A stretch of DNA of 64,000 nt from Leucoraja erinacea (lineage: Eukaryota): the NCBI RefSeq assembly GCF_028641065.1, contig NW_026576328.1, forward strand, positions 1-64,000, in the 5' to 3' direction. Shown here piece by piece: positions 1 through 11,269 of the stretch (the stretch's first letter is position 1; each line of letters begins with the position of its first letter). The notes below the pieces were generated by a model. The model saw nothing but the letters and a program-made list of their open reading frames with translations, did not search any database and had not been told where the DNA came from. A program made the translations under genes and the position numbers.

Positions 1-1020
1 GAGTCCAAAAGTTAGGTGGGGTGGAGTTGTCAGATCTTTCACCACCGATGTGGTTGGGTGTAAGGAAATGACGTCGTTTCTGGGTTGGGAGAGAGATACA
101 CCTCAGGATCTCTCGTAGGTACCACAGGGTCAGGTGGGGGGGTAGACCGCCTCTGGAGTGTGTCATATGCCACCCCCTCCCCTGGGCGGGGGATGTAGTT
201 TTGTCTAAGGGGCCCTCGAGGGGGGGATCTCATCGTGTGTTCTGTGTTGATCTTGGCTCCCTGGGAGTGTGTCTATGGGCTCGGAGGAGGTCCCCTCGTT
301 TCAGAGGCTAATGAGGGTGTTAGAACGCAGGAGGGTGGGGTAAGTCCCCTGGTAGTGCGGACCATGAAGGCGGGGGGAATCCCAGTGGGGGTCCTCTACA
401 AGGGGAGTTGTCCCCCTTTCGTGGGGGACCTGGGGTGGAGAGTGCTGCACAGAAGCGGTGCGTTGTAACAACTTTTGAGGCGGTTCACGGACTCGTCCGC
501 TGCATGTATTTTTTGTGGCGAGGAAGAGACCGTGTTCCACTTTATATGGAGTGTGAGAGCTACTGCCCCCTGTCTCAATATGCTGAAGGGGTTGTTCCTA
601 AAGTTTGGTTACCTTTTAGTCCTAAACTATTCTGTGTTTGGCCACAAGGCATGTGTGGGTAGACCAAGTGTGAGGGTGGGACCTACCTGTCGGTCGATCC
701 TTGGGCCTGGCCAAGGATGGGGGGGCCATACGGTGGATCCAGGCAGCAGGCGATGGATGTCAGCACGAGTTCGGCTGCTTGCCCCTCTTTCGGGCCTACG
801 TCCGTGCACGTGTTGTCCCTGCAGAGGGAACATGCGGTGCTCACGGGACTGGAGGTATTCCGTGGGCGCTGGTCACCGCCCGCGTGGGGGTGAGAGTATT
901 GTGAATAATGATTGTAAGGGTGTACTATAATGACACGATAGAATGTAAGGCCGTGTGGTGTATGACTGGATCTGTTGTATTAATTGATGTGTTGAATAAA
1001 GTCTGTGAAAAAAAAAAAAA
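1..1020 (+). mobile_element. Tx1-clade (L1-like) non-LTR retrotransposon, internally deleted (ORF1 region fused to ORF2 C-terminus, 3' UTR, poly-A)
   Basis: About 60-360 matches the reverse complement of the Tx1 ORF1 region at ~17930-18200. 370-910 encodes the frameshifted Tx1 ORF2 tail (GDLGWRVLHR, FTDSSAACIFCGEEETVFH). AATAAA and poly-A at ~995-1021. Confidence 0.85.
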
Positions 1021-1185
1021 AGAGAGGGAGGAGAGGAAGGAATGGGGACGTTTCGGGTCGAGAACCCTTCTTCAGAGACTCCCCCGAAACCTCACCAATT
1101 CATTCTCTCCATTAGCTAGGTATGACGGAGAGAACGTTATAACGAGTTTTATTAAGCGTCATATAATAATATCATGCAAATGGCT

Positions 1186-1252
1186 TACGGAACACCAATA
1201 TCACAAGAATTGGAAGTAAAGGCGTGCTCGATTAACATGAACGCTAATAATG
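1186..1252 (-). pseudogene. Degraded copy of GPR139-like exon 1 within a duplicate of 5548-5835
   Basis: 1021-1322 aligns to 5548-5835 with many 1-2 nt indels. ggcttacggaacaccaatatcacaagaattggaagtaaa is a deleted version of the exon at 5709-5778. Confidence 0.7.
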
Positions 1253-1322
1253 TCAAGTGAAGCGACGTTTCCAGTTAGTCGAAGAAGAAAGAAAGAAAAG
1301 AAACGGATCTAGTGCCTTCTTG

Positions 1323-1985
1323 ATTTTACTTAGGAGTCAGTGAGTGACTACGTGAAGAACCCACCCAGCGCCCAGGCGCGGCATTACGTCAGCAGTGACA
1401 CAGAGGCAGAAGGGGAGCCAGGCTCTCCCGCGGCAGCATAAAGGACAGGACCTCAGGGTAAGTTGTCTTTGGTGGAGTACAGAGTCGCTCAACGGAGGAG
1501 AAAGAATGGCTTCCCGAAAGAGCCCAGCGAGGAGGACGGCTGCCCAACCTCAACCCGAGGAGGGGTCAATATCTGGGGGGCGGCAGCCACCAGCGGCGGA
1601 TGAGCGATTTCACACGTCCCGCACAACCGAAGCCGAGCCGCTCCCTGTGCCGCCGATTTCGACGCCCCGCACAGGGAGGAAGGCAACCCGCAAAACGGAC
1701 CGGCCGGTGACCTCCGACTCGTCGGAGGAACGGGAACGCTCTCCCACCGGCCCGGAAACGGGGGGAGACAGACGCATCAGCTGCAGGAGGACAGCTGCTT
1801 GAGCGGATGCTCCGACGAGGAGATGCAGGCCTAGGCATCTCCAAGGAGGACGGGCTTGGCCTCCTCCATCACACGTCGCCACACCTCTGTACCATCTCTG
1901 TTCGAGGCAGCAAGGGAGGCCAGGACTGGGCGGGCCTAGCACAAGGGCAGGGGACGACAGACACAAGTATGCCAGGCTAGATAAA
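1323..1985 (+). mobile_element. Probable DIRS-type retrotransposon 5' end with gag-like ORF start
   Basis: Interrupts the duplicated segment. Begins ttttacttaggagtcagtgagtgactacgtgaag and is followed by a low-complexity R/P/S-rich ORF (MASRKSPARR...). Family call is from recall, not a search. Confidence 0.45.
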
Positions 1986-2480
1986 AGAGACAAGCGGGTC
2001 AACCGCGAGAATGTAGAACGCTAAAGGATAAAGGATGATATACATGATTGAAGTTAGAGGATGTGGGAGTAGTGCTAAACGGGTAGCTTTCATCTGCACT
2101 GACAGAGAAGAAGTGCTTGGAAGTCAGTAAGATTACTGTGGAAAACTATATAAACAAGCTAGAACAGTTTGCGATTTAGAAGGAGATTGTGCTGAGGCTC
2201 CTGAAGAGCATTAACATGGTTATGTCCCCAAGGCCAAAGATCTATCACAATTTGTTGATGGAGGCAAGAGACGATAATGTGGGAGCCTTGACGATGATAT
2301 TTGTTTCTTTTCCAGCCACAGGCGAGGAGCACAGAAACGTGGACAATGTTGTTCCTTTGTTTTTGGGAAGGGTTTTGGAGAGGGTCCAGGGAGCAAGATT
2401 CCGTGGTAATGGAACTATCGGAGAAAATTATTCGAGACAGGATTAGCTCGCATTTGGAAGCTCGCATTATGAGAGGCATA
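1985..2480 (+). mobile_element. Heavily degraded CR1 3' fragment
   Basis: Residual CR1 ORF2 C-terminal motifs (tatcacaattt, ggacaatgttgttcctttg, gtggtaatggaact) with many indels. Confidence 0.5.
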
Positions 2481-2484
2481 TGTT

Positions 2485-3300
2485 TAATGGTTGAATGGTT
2501 CAATGGTCCTTTATTGTCACGTGTACCGAGGTACAGTAACATTTGATTTACCATATAGTCACACTAAAAAAGCAACAAGATACAACTCTACATAAATATT
2601 AAACATAAACAGCCATCACAGCGGCATGTGAGAATCCCCAGGGCACACAGCACAAGCGGAGACCCACAGCCATCCGTTCAATGTCCGGGCGGCACACACA
2701 GTCCTTCACCGTGAGTGACCACAGTTGTACCGACCGCTCCCAACTCACTCTGCAGTCCCTGTGCACCCGAACAGTCAGGATGCCGTCCACACTCGAGAGT
2801 AGACTCCGGATGACTTCATGGCGCGATGTGCCCGCAAACACCGAGATCACTGCACGCACAGCACTACGTCGGAGTCTCCACCAGCGCAGGCAGCACGTCC
2901 ATCTTATTTTTCGGCGACTCCACATTGCCCACTGCAATTGAAGTCAAATAACTTGTACATCCTCCTTCCTTTTCCCCCGCAGTCGGGCGATCGAAACATC
3001 CGCATTCGGGTCGATCGAGACTTCCACGATCGGGGCTGTTGGAGCTCCCGCAGTCGATCCCAAACAAAGGGATCACCCGCTCCACGATGTTAAGGCCGCA
3101 GTGCGGACGGAAACACGATACGGAAATGTCGCATCTCCGTCCAGGGAAGTGAAAAAAGAAGTACTCCTCCTCACACCCCCCCCCCCCCCACTAAAGATCA
3201 ACTAAAACATACAATTAAAATAAACTGAAAACAACATTATGAGGGGACGTGACAGGCTGGTGGCGAGGCTGCCACTTCCGGCGCTACCCGGCAATCGGCG
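2485..3300 (-). mobile_element. Non-autonomous GC-rich retroelement with Rex1/Babar-type 3' tail
   Basis: Minus-strand 3' end ...actgtacctcggtacacgtgacaataaagg-(accatt) repeats. Related tails at ~20370, ~42510 and ~63070. Confidence 0.5.
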
Positions 3301-3917
3301 TCACCGGTCGCGTAGATAATCAGAATTTTATTATCACGCTGCAAAATTGGAGGGTGTAGCAATAATGTGAGAGGGGGAAGATTAAGTGGGATCTGCGGCT
3401 ACATTATTTTTTACTTTGAGAGTGGTGGGGGTCTGGACGGCAGCGGCCTCGGTTGTTGCGGAGGCAGGTACCGTAGTGGTTATTCAGACGCTGATAGATC
3501 GACATATGGAAGTGCAAGGAATCGTCGGATGTGTTCTGTGTATAGGCAGATGAGACCTGTTGGCAACTTGGCAACGTGTATTGTACTAACATTGTGGGCA
3601 TAACGGCCCATTCCTGTGCTGTACTGTTTTATGTTCAATGTCATCGCACCTGGAACTTCTCTCCACGTAACTTCGGCGCTGTGGCCACGTTGTATAACGA
3701 ATAAAATTCATCCCTTTTTGAGTGAAGAAATCTCCACTTTAAGCTTCAATATTAGCTTTATCTGTATCTAGTTCATCTGTCTATGGGGTTATTTCCTTAC
3801 GTTCACCCCAGTTGACGTTTCTCGCATGATGCAAAAGCCAAGCATATTTAGGTAACGCATTCTTCTCTCAGGGTATCAGGAACTTAACGTGGTTCGGTTA
3901 GAATGATACTGAGTTTT

Positions 3918-4045
3918 TCAGAAGGAACTGCAGATGCTGGAAAATCGAAGGTACACAAAACTGCTGGAGAATCTCAGCGGGTGCAGCAGCATCTATGGAG
4001 CGAAGGAAATAGGCAACGTTTCGGGCTGAAACCCTTCTTTAGACC
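3918..4045 (-). mobile_element. Penelope-derived short element
   Basis: Near-identical to 23048-23172, which adjoins a Penelope ORF tail. Confidence 0.65.
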
Positions 4046-4537
4046 AGTGTTAGTAGCAACGTTTGGCAATTGAAAATGGAATGGAAGGTCATTTAACGTT
4101 TTCTGTGCCAAAAACCTTAATGCGTGATCAAAAGCGGACCATGGAAAAACAGAAAATATACCTTGTCATATTTATCGCCACGAACAAATGCTTCATTGTC
4201 TAGAAAATAAAATATCCTACTATTACATTATCACAGACAGGTCGGTTTCTAATTATCGAACCAGTTTGGGAATACATGCAGCCCAGAATACACATATACA
4301 TTTGGGAAGATTCTGCAAGGATTCATTTACACAAATGTGGCTGGATTGTTCAACCACATGGCATATAACCCAGCTACAACATTCGTATCAATTGCAGAGT
4401 TCCCGGGAAAAAATGTCAGATTGGCTGTTTGTTTGTTTGTGTAAGTGCCGTTATTCTATGGTCAGTTTCATAGACGTCTGATAAGTATCAGATCTATTCG
4501 CAGCCAATGTCGGCATATTTAAATAATATATGTCAAC

Positions 4538-5458
4538 ATCAATCAATCAATCAGTTTTATTCGTCACATTGCACATAAAGTGCAAGGGAAATGAATTTGT
4601 CAGCAGCTTACAATAATAAAGAACACACAAACACAATAAAAATGTTTCACAAACATCCACCACAGCATTCATCACTGTGGTGGAAGGCACAGAAATTGGC
4701 CAGTCCTCCTCCATTTTCTCCCGTGGTCGTGACGTCCACCTTCCGCAGCCGTCGCTGCGGGCGTCCAGATGATAAAGGACAAGGTAAAAGTCATGTTAGT
4801 CCAGGATCGTCTCTTCCCCACCGGAGACCGCGGCTTCAGGCTGGTGTAGGCCGCTGGCCGGCGGTCGAAGATTTAAAATTCGCGCCGTAGCCAGAAGCAC
4901 CGCAGACTGCAGGGCCGGCGGTCGAAGCTCCGCTCCAGGGATGATGGTAAGTTCACGCCGGGCCCGCGGTAGAAGTTGACCGCGGGCCGGCATTCAGAGC
5001 TTCTTCTTCCCCCCGGGTCCCCCATGAGGGATCCCGGGCTGCAGACGTGGCGCCAGCTGGAGCTCTGCAGACCGCGGCTTCAGGCTGCCAGCTGCCGCGG
5101 GCCAGCGAAACGGAGCGCTTCCCTCCATCGAGCCCCAACCAGGGCTCGCCCGCTCCACGCCGAGTCCGCACTGCGCCGGCCGCTGAAGCCCCGGGCGCGT
5201 CTCCGGGAAAGGCCGCGCCGACCCTTGCTGTTAGGCCACGGGGGAGGCCACCTAAAAAAGTCGCTCTCCGTGGAGGAGGCGACCGAAGCGGTCCCCCCCT
5301 CCCACACACACACACACACACACCTCCATACATCACCCCCACGCAAAACACACGGAGACACATCAAAACATACTGTAAAACATGCTAAAAAAACAAAAAA
5401 AAAGAGAAAAAAACGGACACGCTGCTGACAGGGCGCCGGCTTGCAGCGCTCCCACCGA
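4538..5458 (-). mobile_element. Non-autonomous GC-rich retroelement with microsatellite tail
   Basis: (atca)n tail followed by ttttattcgtcacattgcac. The same 3' module recurs at 22750-23040. Confidence 0.55.
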
Positions 5459-5469
5459 CCATATGTATA

Positions 5470-5637
5470 GGAAAGAACTGCAGCTGCTGGTTTAAATCAA
5501 AAGTAGACACAAAATGCTGGATACCTCAGCGGGACATGCAGCATCTCGAGAGAGAGAGAAGGAATGGGTGACGTTTCGGGTCGAGACCCTTCTTCAGAGA
5601 CTCCACCCGAAACATCACCCATTCATTCTCTCCATAT
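5470..5637. mobile_element. Penelope-derived short element, inverted-half (palindromic) structure
   Basis: gaatgggtgacgtttcgggt ... acccgaaacatcacccattc inverted halves. The minus strand carries CTGAAGAAGGGTCTCGACCCGAAACGTC. Confidence 0.65.
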
Positions 5638-5708
5638 AGATATGTATGCCGGCGAACGTATAACGAGTTATTAAGCGTACATATAATAATATCATGCAAA
5701 TGGCTTAC

Positions 5709-5778
5709 CAGGAACACCAATTATCACAAGAATTGGATAGTAAATGCGTTCTACGAGTAACATGACCGCTAATCCCAT
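5709..5778 (-). CDS. GPR139-like GPCR exon 1 (orphan; exon 2 not found in window)
   Basis: ATG at 5778 gives MGLAVMLLVERIYYPILVIIGVP+G then a GTAAG donor. 70 nt, same length and phase as exon 1 at 48810-48879. Confidence 0.8.
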
Positions 5779-6149
5779 CGTCAAAGGGAAGCGACGTTTC
5801 CAGTTAGTTGAAGAAACGGATCTTTTGCTTCTTGCTTACCTGTTATTTATATCTGAGATAAATCTCGAGGGTATAGCGAGCCTTGCAAAATAATCAGAAT
5901 GTTCCACTTCCTTTATCACACAATAAAGGCGATTTTTGTATATTGCCACTGTTTAAGACAATTATGATGCACTGTGTCATGACCTTTTAAGCACGCCCGC
6001 TCAACAAATATACTGCATGATAAAAGGCTGTCAATTATTTTTATGGGAGACGTGCGCTCGTGTCGATGAGCATGAGTTTGTATGTGGGTGTGCAGGGAAT
6101 GGAGAAATATAGATTACTTGCAAGCAGATGGCACTAGTTTACTTTGGCA

Positions 6150-6720
6150 TCATCTTCGGCATGAGCCTCTTCTCCTCCACCAGTGGAAACATCCTCTTCA
6201 TACCCACTCTATCCAGGCCTTTCACTATTCGCTAAGTTTCAATGAGGGCCTCCGTCATCCTTCTAATCTCCAGTTAGCAGTAGCCCAGTGCCGACAGATG
6301 CTTATCATATGTTAACCCCCTAATTCCTGGATCAAATTTCATGAACATCCTGTGGACCCTCTCCAGTACAAATGCGGCGTAACCAGCGCCTTATAAAGCC
6401 TCAGCATTACACCCCTGTTATTTTATTCCATTCCTCTTGAAATAAATGCTAGCATAGCATTTGCTTTCCTTACTACTGATTCGACTTGCAAATTCACATT
6501 TTGGGAATCATGCACCATCACTCCCAAGTCCCTTGGCACCTCCGATTTCTTGACCCTCTTCCCATTTAGAAAATAGTCAACGCCTTTACCAAAATGTATG
6601 ACTGCACACGTTGCTATGTATTCCATCAGGCATTTCTCTGCCCACTCTCCCAACCCGTCTAAGTCCTTCTGCATCCTCTTTGTGTATTTTCGCATTATAT
6701 GCAAACTTGTCATAAAGCCT
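6150..6720 (-). mobile_element. CR1 ORF2 fragment
   Basis: ORF 6423-6713: QKDLDGLGEWAEK...RDLGVMVHDS...RKANAMLAFISRG. Confidence 0.85.
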
Positions 6721-7015
6721 TCAATCCCCGCAACAAAATTATCCTTTATTCAGTATGTTCCCGTGTAATAGACTTATCCTCCTTTGGTTAACGTCCACCT
6801 AGTCCCGGGTTAATCTGTTTCAGGTGTCTTCGTTCTGTGGCAAGTGGACTATATGATCTCACTGCATACTTCACTTTCTCATTTGTACCACATCTAAATC
6901 ATCGGGAATGTATTAGGCATTTATATCGAGATGGACGCTGCTTACTCCATACATGGATCTAGTCTTGCATAAGGTCCTGGAGGCCTCGTGACTTAGATTT
7001 GAATCATGAATTAGG

Positions 7016-7332
7016 GCGCCACGGTGGTGCAGCGGTAAGGTTGCTTCCTTACAGAAACAGAGACGCTGTTTCGATCCCGACTACGCCTGCTGCCTGTACG
7101 GCGGATGTTCGTTCTTCCCGTAACCTGCGTGGGTTCTCTCCGGGATGTCCAGTTTCCTCGCATATTCCAAAGATTTACGGGTTTGTAGGTTAATTGGGAT
7201 GGTATAAATGAATAAATGTAAAATTGTACCTTGTGTGTGCAGGATAGTGTTAATGTGCGGGAATCACCGTCGGCACCGGCTCGGTAGGCCGAAATGCCAG
7301 TTTCCGCGCTGTATCTGTAAACTAGGCTAAAT
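7016..7332 (+). mobile_element. HE1-like tRNA-derived V-SINE
   Basis: A-box ggtggtgcagcgg, B-box-like gtttcgatccc, V-domain gggtttctc..ggtttcctc..cattccaaaga, tail gctgtatct..aaacta. Confidence 0.8.
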
Positions 7333-7892
7333 GAAATCAATAAATATTGGCTTAGTAAATTAGGTATAGGCAACCTCGGTCCTATGTAGTTATTTCTTGA
7401 TTACTACGGGTGTCAGGGGGTAAGGGAAGGAGGCGGGAGAATGATGTTAGGAAGGAGAGATAGAACAAATGATGGAAAGATATGCAAATAAATAACGATT
7501 ATGAAGGGAACAGGCCATTGTCAGCTGTGGCCTCGGTGAAAGCGAATTCAGTAATGACATTGCACTTTTCTCTAAGATTTATTGTAAGGCCCGACATTTC
7601 ATTTGAGGCATCATGAACTTTCAAGTAACACGTTGTCTGACAGTATTATCTGAAAGAGTAGATACATTGATCTCATAATCGTATATCGATCGTCTTGGAT
7701 GGGGATGTGACGAGATATTGCTTCTGTTTTCAACGGAAATGTAAAACATACTGAGGATATATGTAATTCGCTATAGTCTCTCTCTCTCTTTTTTTTTCAA
7801 AGACTTTATTCAACACATCAAATAATACAATAGATCATGTCATACACAAAACGAACTTACATTATATCAAGTGTCATTATAGTACAACATTA

Positions 7893-8631
7893 CCATATAA
7901 CCATATAACCATATAACCATATAACAATTACAGCACGGAAACAGGCCATCTCGGCCCTACAAGTCCGTGCCGAACAAATGTTTTTCCCCTTAGTCCCACC
8001 TGCCTGCACTCATACCATAACCCTCCATTCCCTTCTCATCCATATGCCTATCCAATTTATTTTTAACTGATACCAATGAACCTGCCTCCACCACTTCCAC
8101 TGGAAGCTCATTCCACACCGCTACCACTCTCTGAGTAAAGAAGTTCCTCCTCATATTACCCCTAAACGTCTGTCTCTTAATTCTGAAGTCGTGTCCTCTT
8201 GTTTGAATCCTCCCTATTCTCAAAGGGAAAAGCTTGTCCACATCAACTCTGTCTATCCCTCTCGTCATTTTAAAGACCTCTATCAAGTCCCCCCTCAACC
8301 TTCTGCGCTCCAGAGAATAAAGACCTAACTTATTCATCCTATCTCTGTAACTTAGTTGTTGAAACCCAGGCAACATTCTAGTAAATCTCCTCTGTACTCT
8401 CTCTAATTTGTTGACATCCTTCCTATAATTGGGCGACCAAAATTGTACACCATACTCCAGATTTGGTCTCACCAATGCCTTGTACAATTTTAACATTACA
8501 TCCCAGCTTCTATACTCAATGCTCTGATTTATAAAGGCTAGCAAACCAAAAGCTTTCTTTACCACCCTATCAATATGAGATTCCACCTTCAAGGAACTTT
8601 GCACGGTTATACCCAGATCCCTCTGTTCAAT
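7893..8631 (-). mobile_element. 5'-truncated CR1 ((TATATGGT)n-tail family) inserted in the Tx1 3' end
   Basis: ORF 7990-8643 is the CR1 ORF2 C-terminus. cattac is duplicated at 7888-7893 and 8632-8637. Confidence 0.9.
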
Positions 8632-10219
8632 CATTACAATCATTATTCACAATACTCTCAACCCCACGCGGTGACCAGCGCCCACGGAATACCTCCAAAG
8701 TCCCCGTGAACACCGCATGTTCCCTCTCCAGGGACACACGTGCACGGACGTAGGCCCGATAGAGGGGCAAGCAGCAGACTCTTGCCTGACCATCTATCGC
8801 CTGCTGCCTGGACCCGTTTATGGCCATCTTGGCCAGGCCCAGGAGTAGACCGACAGGTAGGTCCCACCCTCCCACTTGGCTCTCCCCACACCCTTCCTTG
8901 TGTCCAAACACAAGAATCGTAGGACTAAAATGTAACCAGAACTTTAGGAGCAACCCCTTCAGATATTGATACAGGGGCAGTAGCCTCTCACATTCCATAT
9001 AAATGTGGAACACGGTCTCATCCTCGCCACTGAAAATACAGGCAGCGGACGAGTCCGTGAACCGACTCAAAAGTTTGTTACAAGCCACTGCTCTGTGCAG
9101 CACTCTCCACCCCAGGTACCCAATGTAAAGGGGGACAACTCCGTTGTAGAGGGACCCCCATTGGGGACCTTCCCCGCCTTCAGGTGGTAACAGCGTCCGC
9201 CATAGTATATCCAAAGGGTTTCTACAGCTATATTAATAGCAAAAGGATAACGAGGGATAAAATTGGTCCATTGGAGAGACAGAGTGGACAGCCATCTGCA
9301 CAGCCAAAAGAGATATTGAACAAATTTTTTTTCTTCGGTATTCACCAAGGAGACGGATATTGAATTATGTGAGGTAAGGGAAACTAGTAGAGGAGCTATG
9401 GATACTATGAGGTTCAAAGTAAAAGAAGCACTGACACTTTTGAAAAATATAAAAGTGGATAAGTCTCCAGTCAAGAGGTTACTAGGGAAATTGACGAGGG
9501 TAAAGCAGTGGATGTTGTCTATATGGATTTTAGTAAGGCCTTTGACAAGGTTCCTCATGGAAGGTTGGTTAAGAAGGTTCAACTGTTGGGAATAAATGCA
9601 GGAATAGCAAGATGGATTCAACAGTGGCTGAATGGGAGAAGCCAGAGTGTAATGGTGGATGGCTGTTTATCGGGTTGGAGGCAGGTGACTAGTGGGGTGC
9701 CTCAGGGATCTGTGTTGGGTCCTTTGTTGTTTGTCATGAACATCAATGATCTGGATGAAGGTGTGGTAAATTGGATTAGTAAGTATGCAGATCATACAGA
9801 TCATATAGGGGGTGTTGTGGATAATGAAGAGGATTTCCAAAGTCTACACAAAGAGCAGGACAGCTCTTTGCGAGCGGCAGTGAGTGAGCGGCCTAGTGAG
9901 GGAAGTGCCCTGTGAGAAAAGTGTGAGTCTTTGGCTCGAGCGTCTTCGGAGAGGAGGCTGAGGAGAGGAGACCACTCAATACGCTTGAGAGGCTAAGGAT
10001 TCTGGGAGAGGCAAAGAGGTTTGCCACGCACTGCAAGGGAGCAGTGGACCAGACAGGAAGAGCGGACGGAATTACCACTAGACAGCCAAACCAGTAGGTA
10101 ATTTACGGCTGGGGTGAGTACTTTCCCATTTATAGGAGGTAGGTTAGACCAAATCTGGAGGGGGGTGTATCAATACAGTAGGGGATTCCAAAATAGGACC
10201 AGTTAATTACTTATATAAG

Positions 10220-11174
10220 ATGGGCGGTCAGGAGATGTGCCAATACTGCGAGATGTGGGAATTTGTCGACACCATTGATGTAGAAGATCCCTACAGCTGC
10301 AGTAAGTGTTTGAGGCTAGAGGAACTCCAGCTCCGCATTGATGAGATGGAGACCCAACCTCATACGCTGCGGTACATCAGGGAGGGGAGTATTACCTGGA
10401 TGTTTTGTGCCAGGGGATGGTCACACCGACCAGTTTAACTAATTCAGTAGGCAGTGAGCAAGGAAAGGAAGGTGTGGCCATAAGCGAGGCAGGTAGGGGG
10501 AACCAGGAGGAGATGCGGCAGGAGCCACAGCCCTTGTCCCTGACGAGCATGACCGAGGCTCTTACTCAATGTAAGGACGGGATCAGGGGCTGTGGGAGGG
10601 ATGAGCAACCTGGCTGCAGCACCGTGGATCAGGAGGCCATTCAAGAGGGGGGAGTTAGAAGAAATGCCGTAGTGATAGGGGATAGTATTATTGGGGGGGT
10701 AGATAAGGTTCTCTGCGGCCAGCAGAAACATGTCCCGAAGCGCTGTGTTGCCTACCCGGTGCTAGGGTTAAGGATATCTCTGCGATGCTGGAGAGAAATT
10801 TGCAGAGGGAGGGGGAGGATCCAGTGGTCGTGGTCCATGTGGGGACCAATGACATAGGAAGGACGAGGAAGGAGGATCTGCTGAAGGAGTTTGAGCAGTT
10901 AGGGAATAAATTAAAAAGCAGAACCTCGAGGGTACTGATCTCCGGATTGCTACCTGAGCCACGGGCCAAATCGGCGAGGGTACGTAAAATTAAAAAGCTA
11001 AATGCGTGGCTCAAAGACTGGTGTGGGAATAATGGGTTTGGTTTCTTGGGCCACTGGCACCAGTACTGGGACAGGGGGGATCTGTTCTGTAAGGACGGAC
11101 TTCACCTGAACGGTGCTGGGACTGGGGTCCTGGCAAATCATATAACTAGGGCAGTAGAGAGGTCTTTAAACTAA
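10220..11174 (+). pseudogene. CR1 ORF1 (CxxC zinc finger, coiled coil, SGNH esterase), frameshifted
   Basis: CQYCEMW..CSKC, VIGDS, HVGTND and DGLHLN motifs spread across three frames. Confidence 0.9.
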
Positions 11175-11269
11175 GTAGCGGGGGGGGGGGGGGGGTATCA
11201 AGGGGGGTAATAACGGCAGGGGTAGAGGAAATAGAGCAGGGTATCAGTGGGGAAGCGGAAAGTCAAAAT

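Noticed and set aside
4591-5428. Overlapping Arg/Ala/Pro-rich ORFs on both strands
   Set aside because: GC-rich interior of a repeat element; no domain motifs.
7016-7095. tRNA-like heads of SINEs
   Set aside because: Degenerate A/B boxes attached to V-SINE bodies; not tRNA genes.
7990-9214. Overlapping ORFs suggesting one chimeric LINE
   Set aside because: A CR1 inserted into Tx1, shown by the target duplication and the Tx1 3' UTR resuming at 7893.
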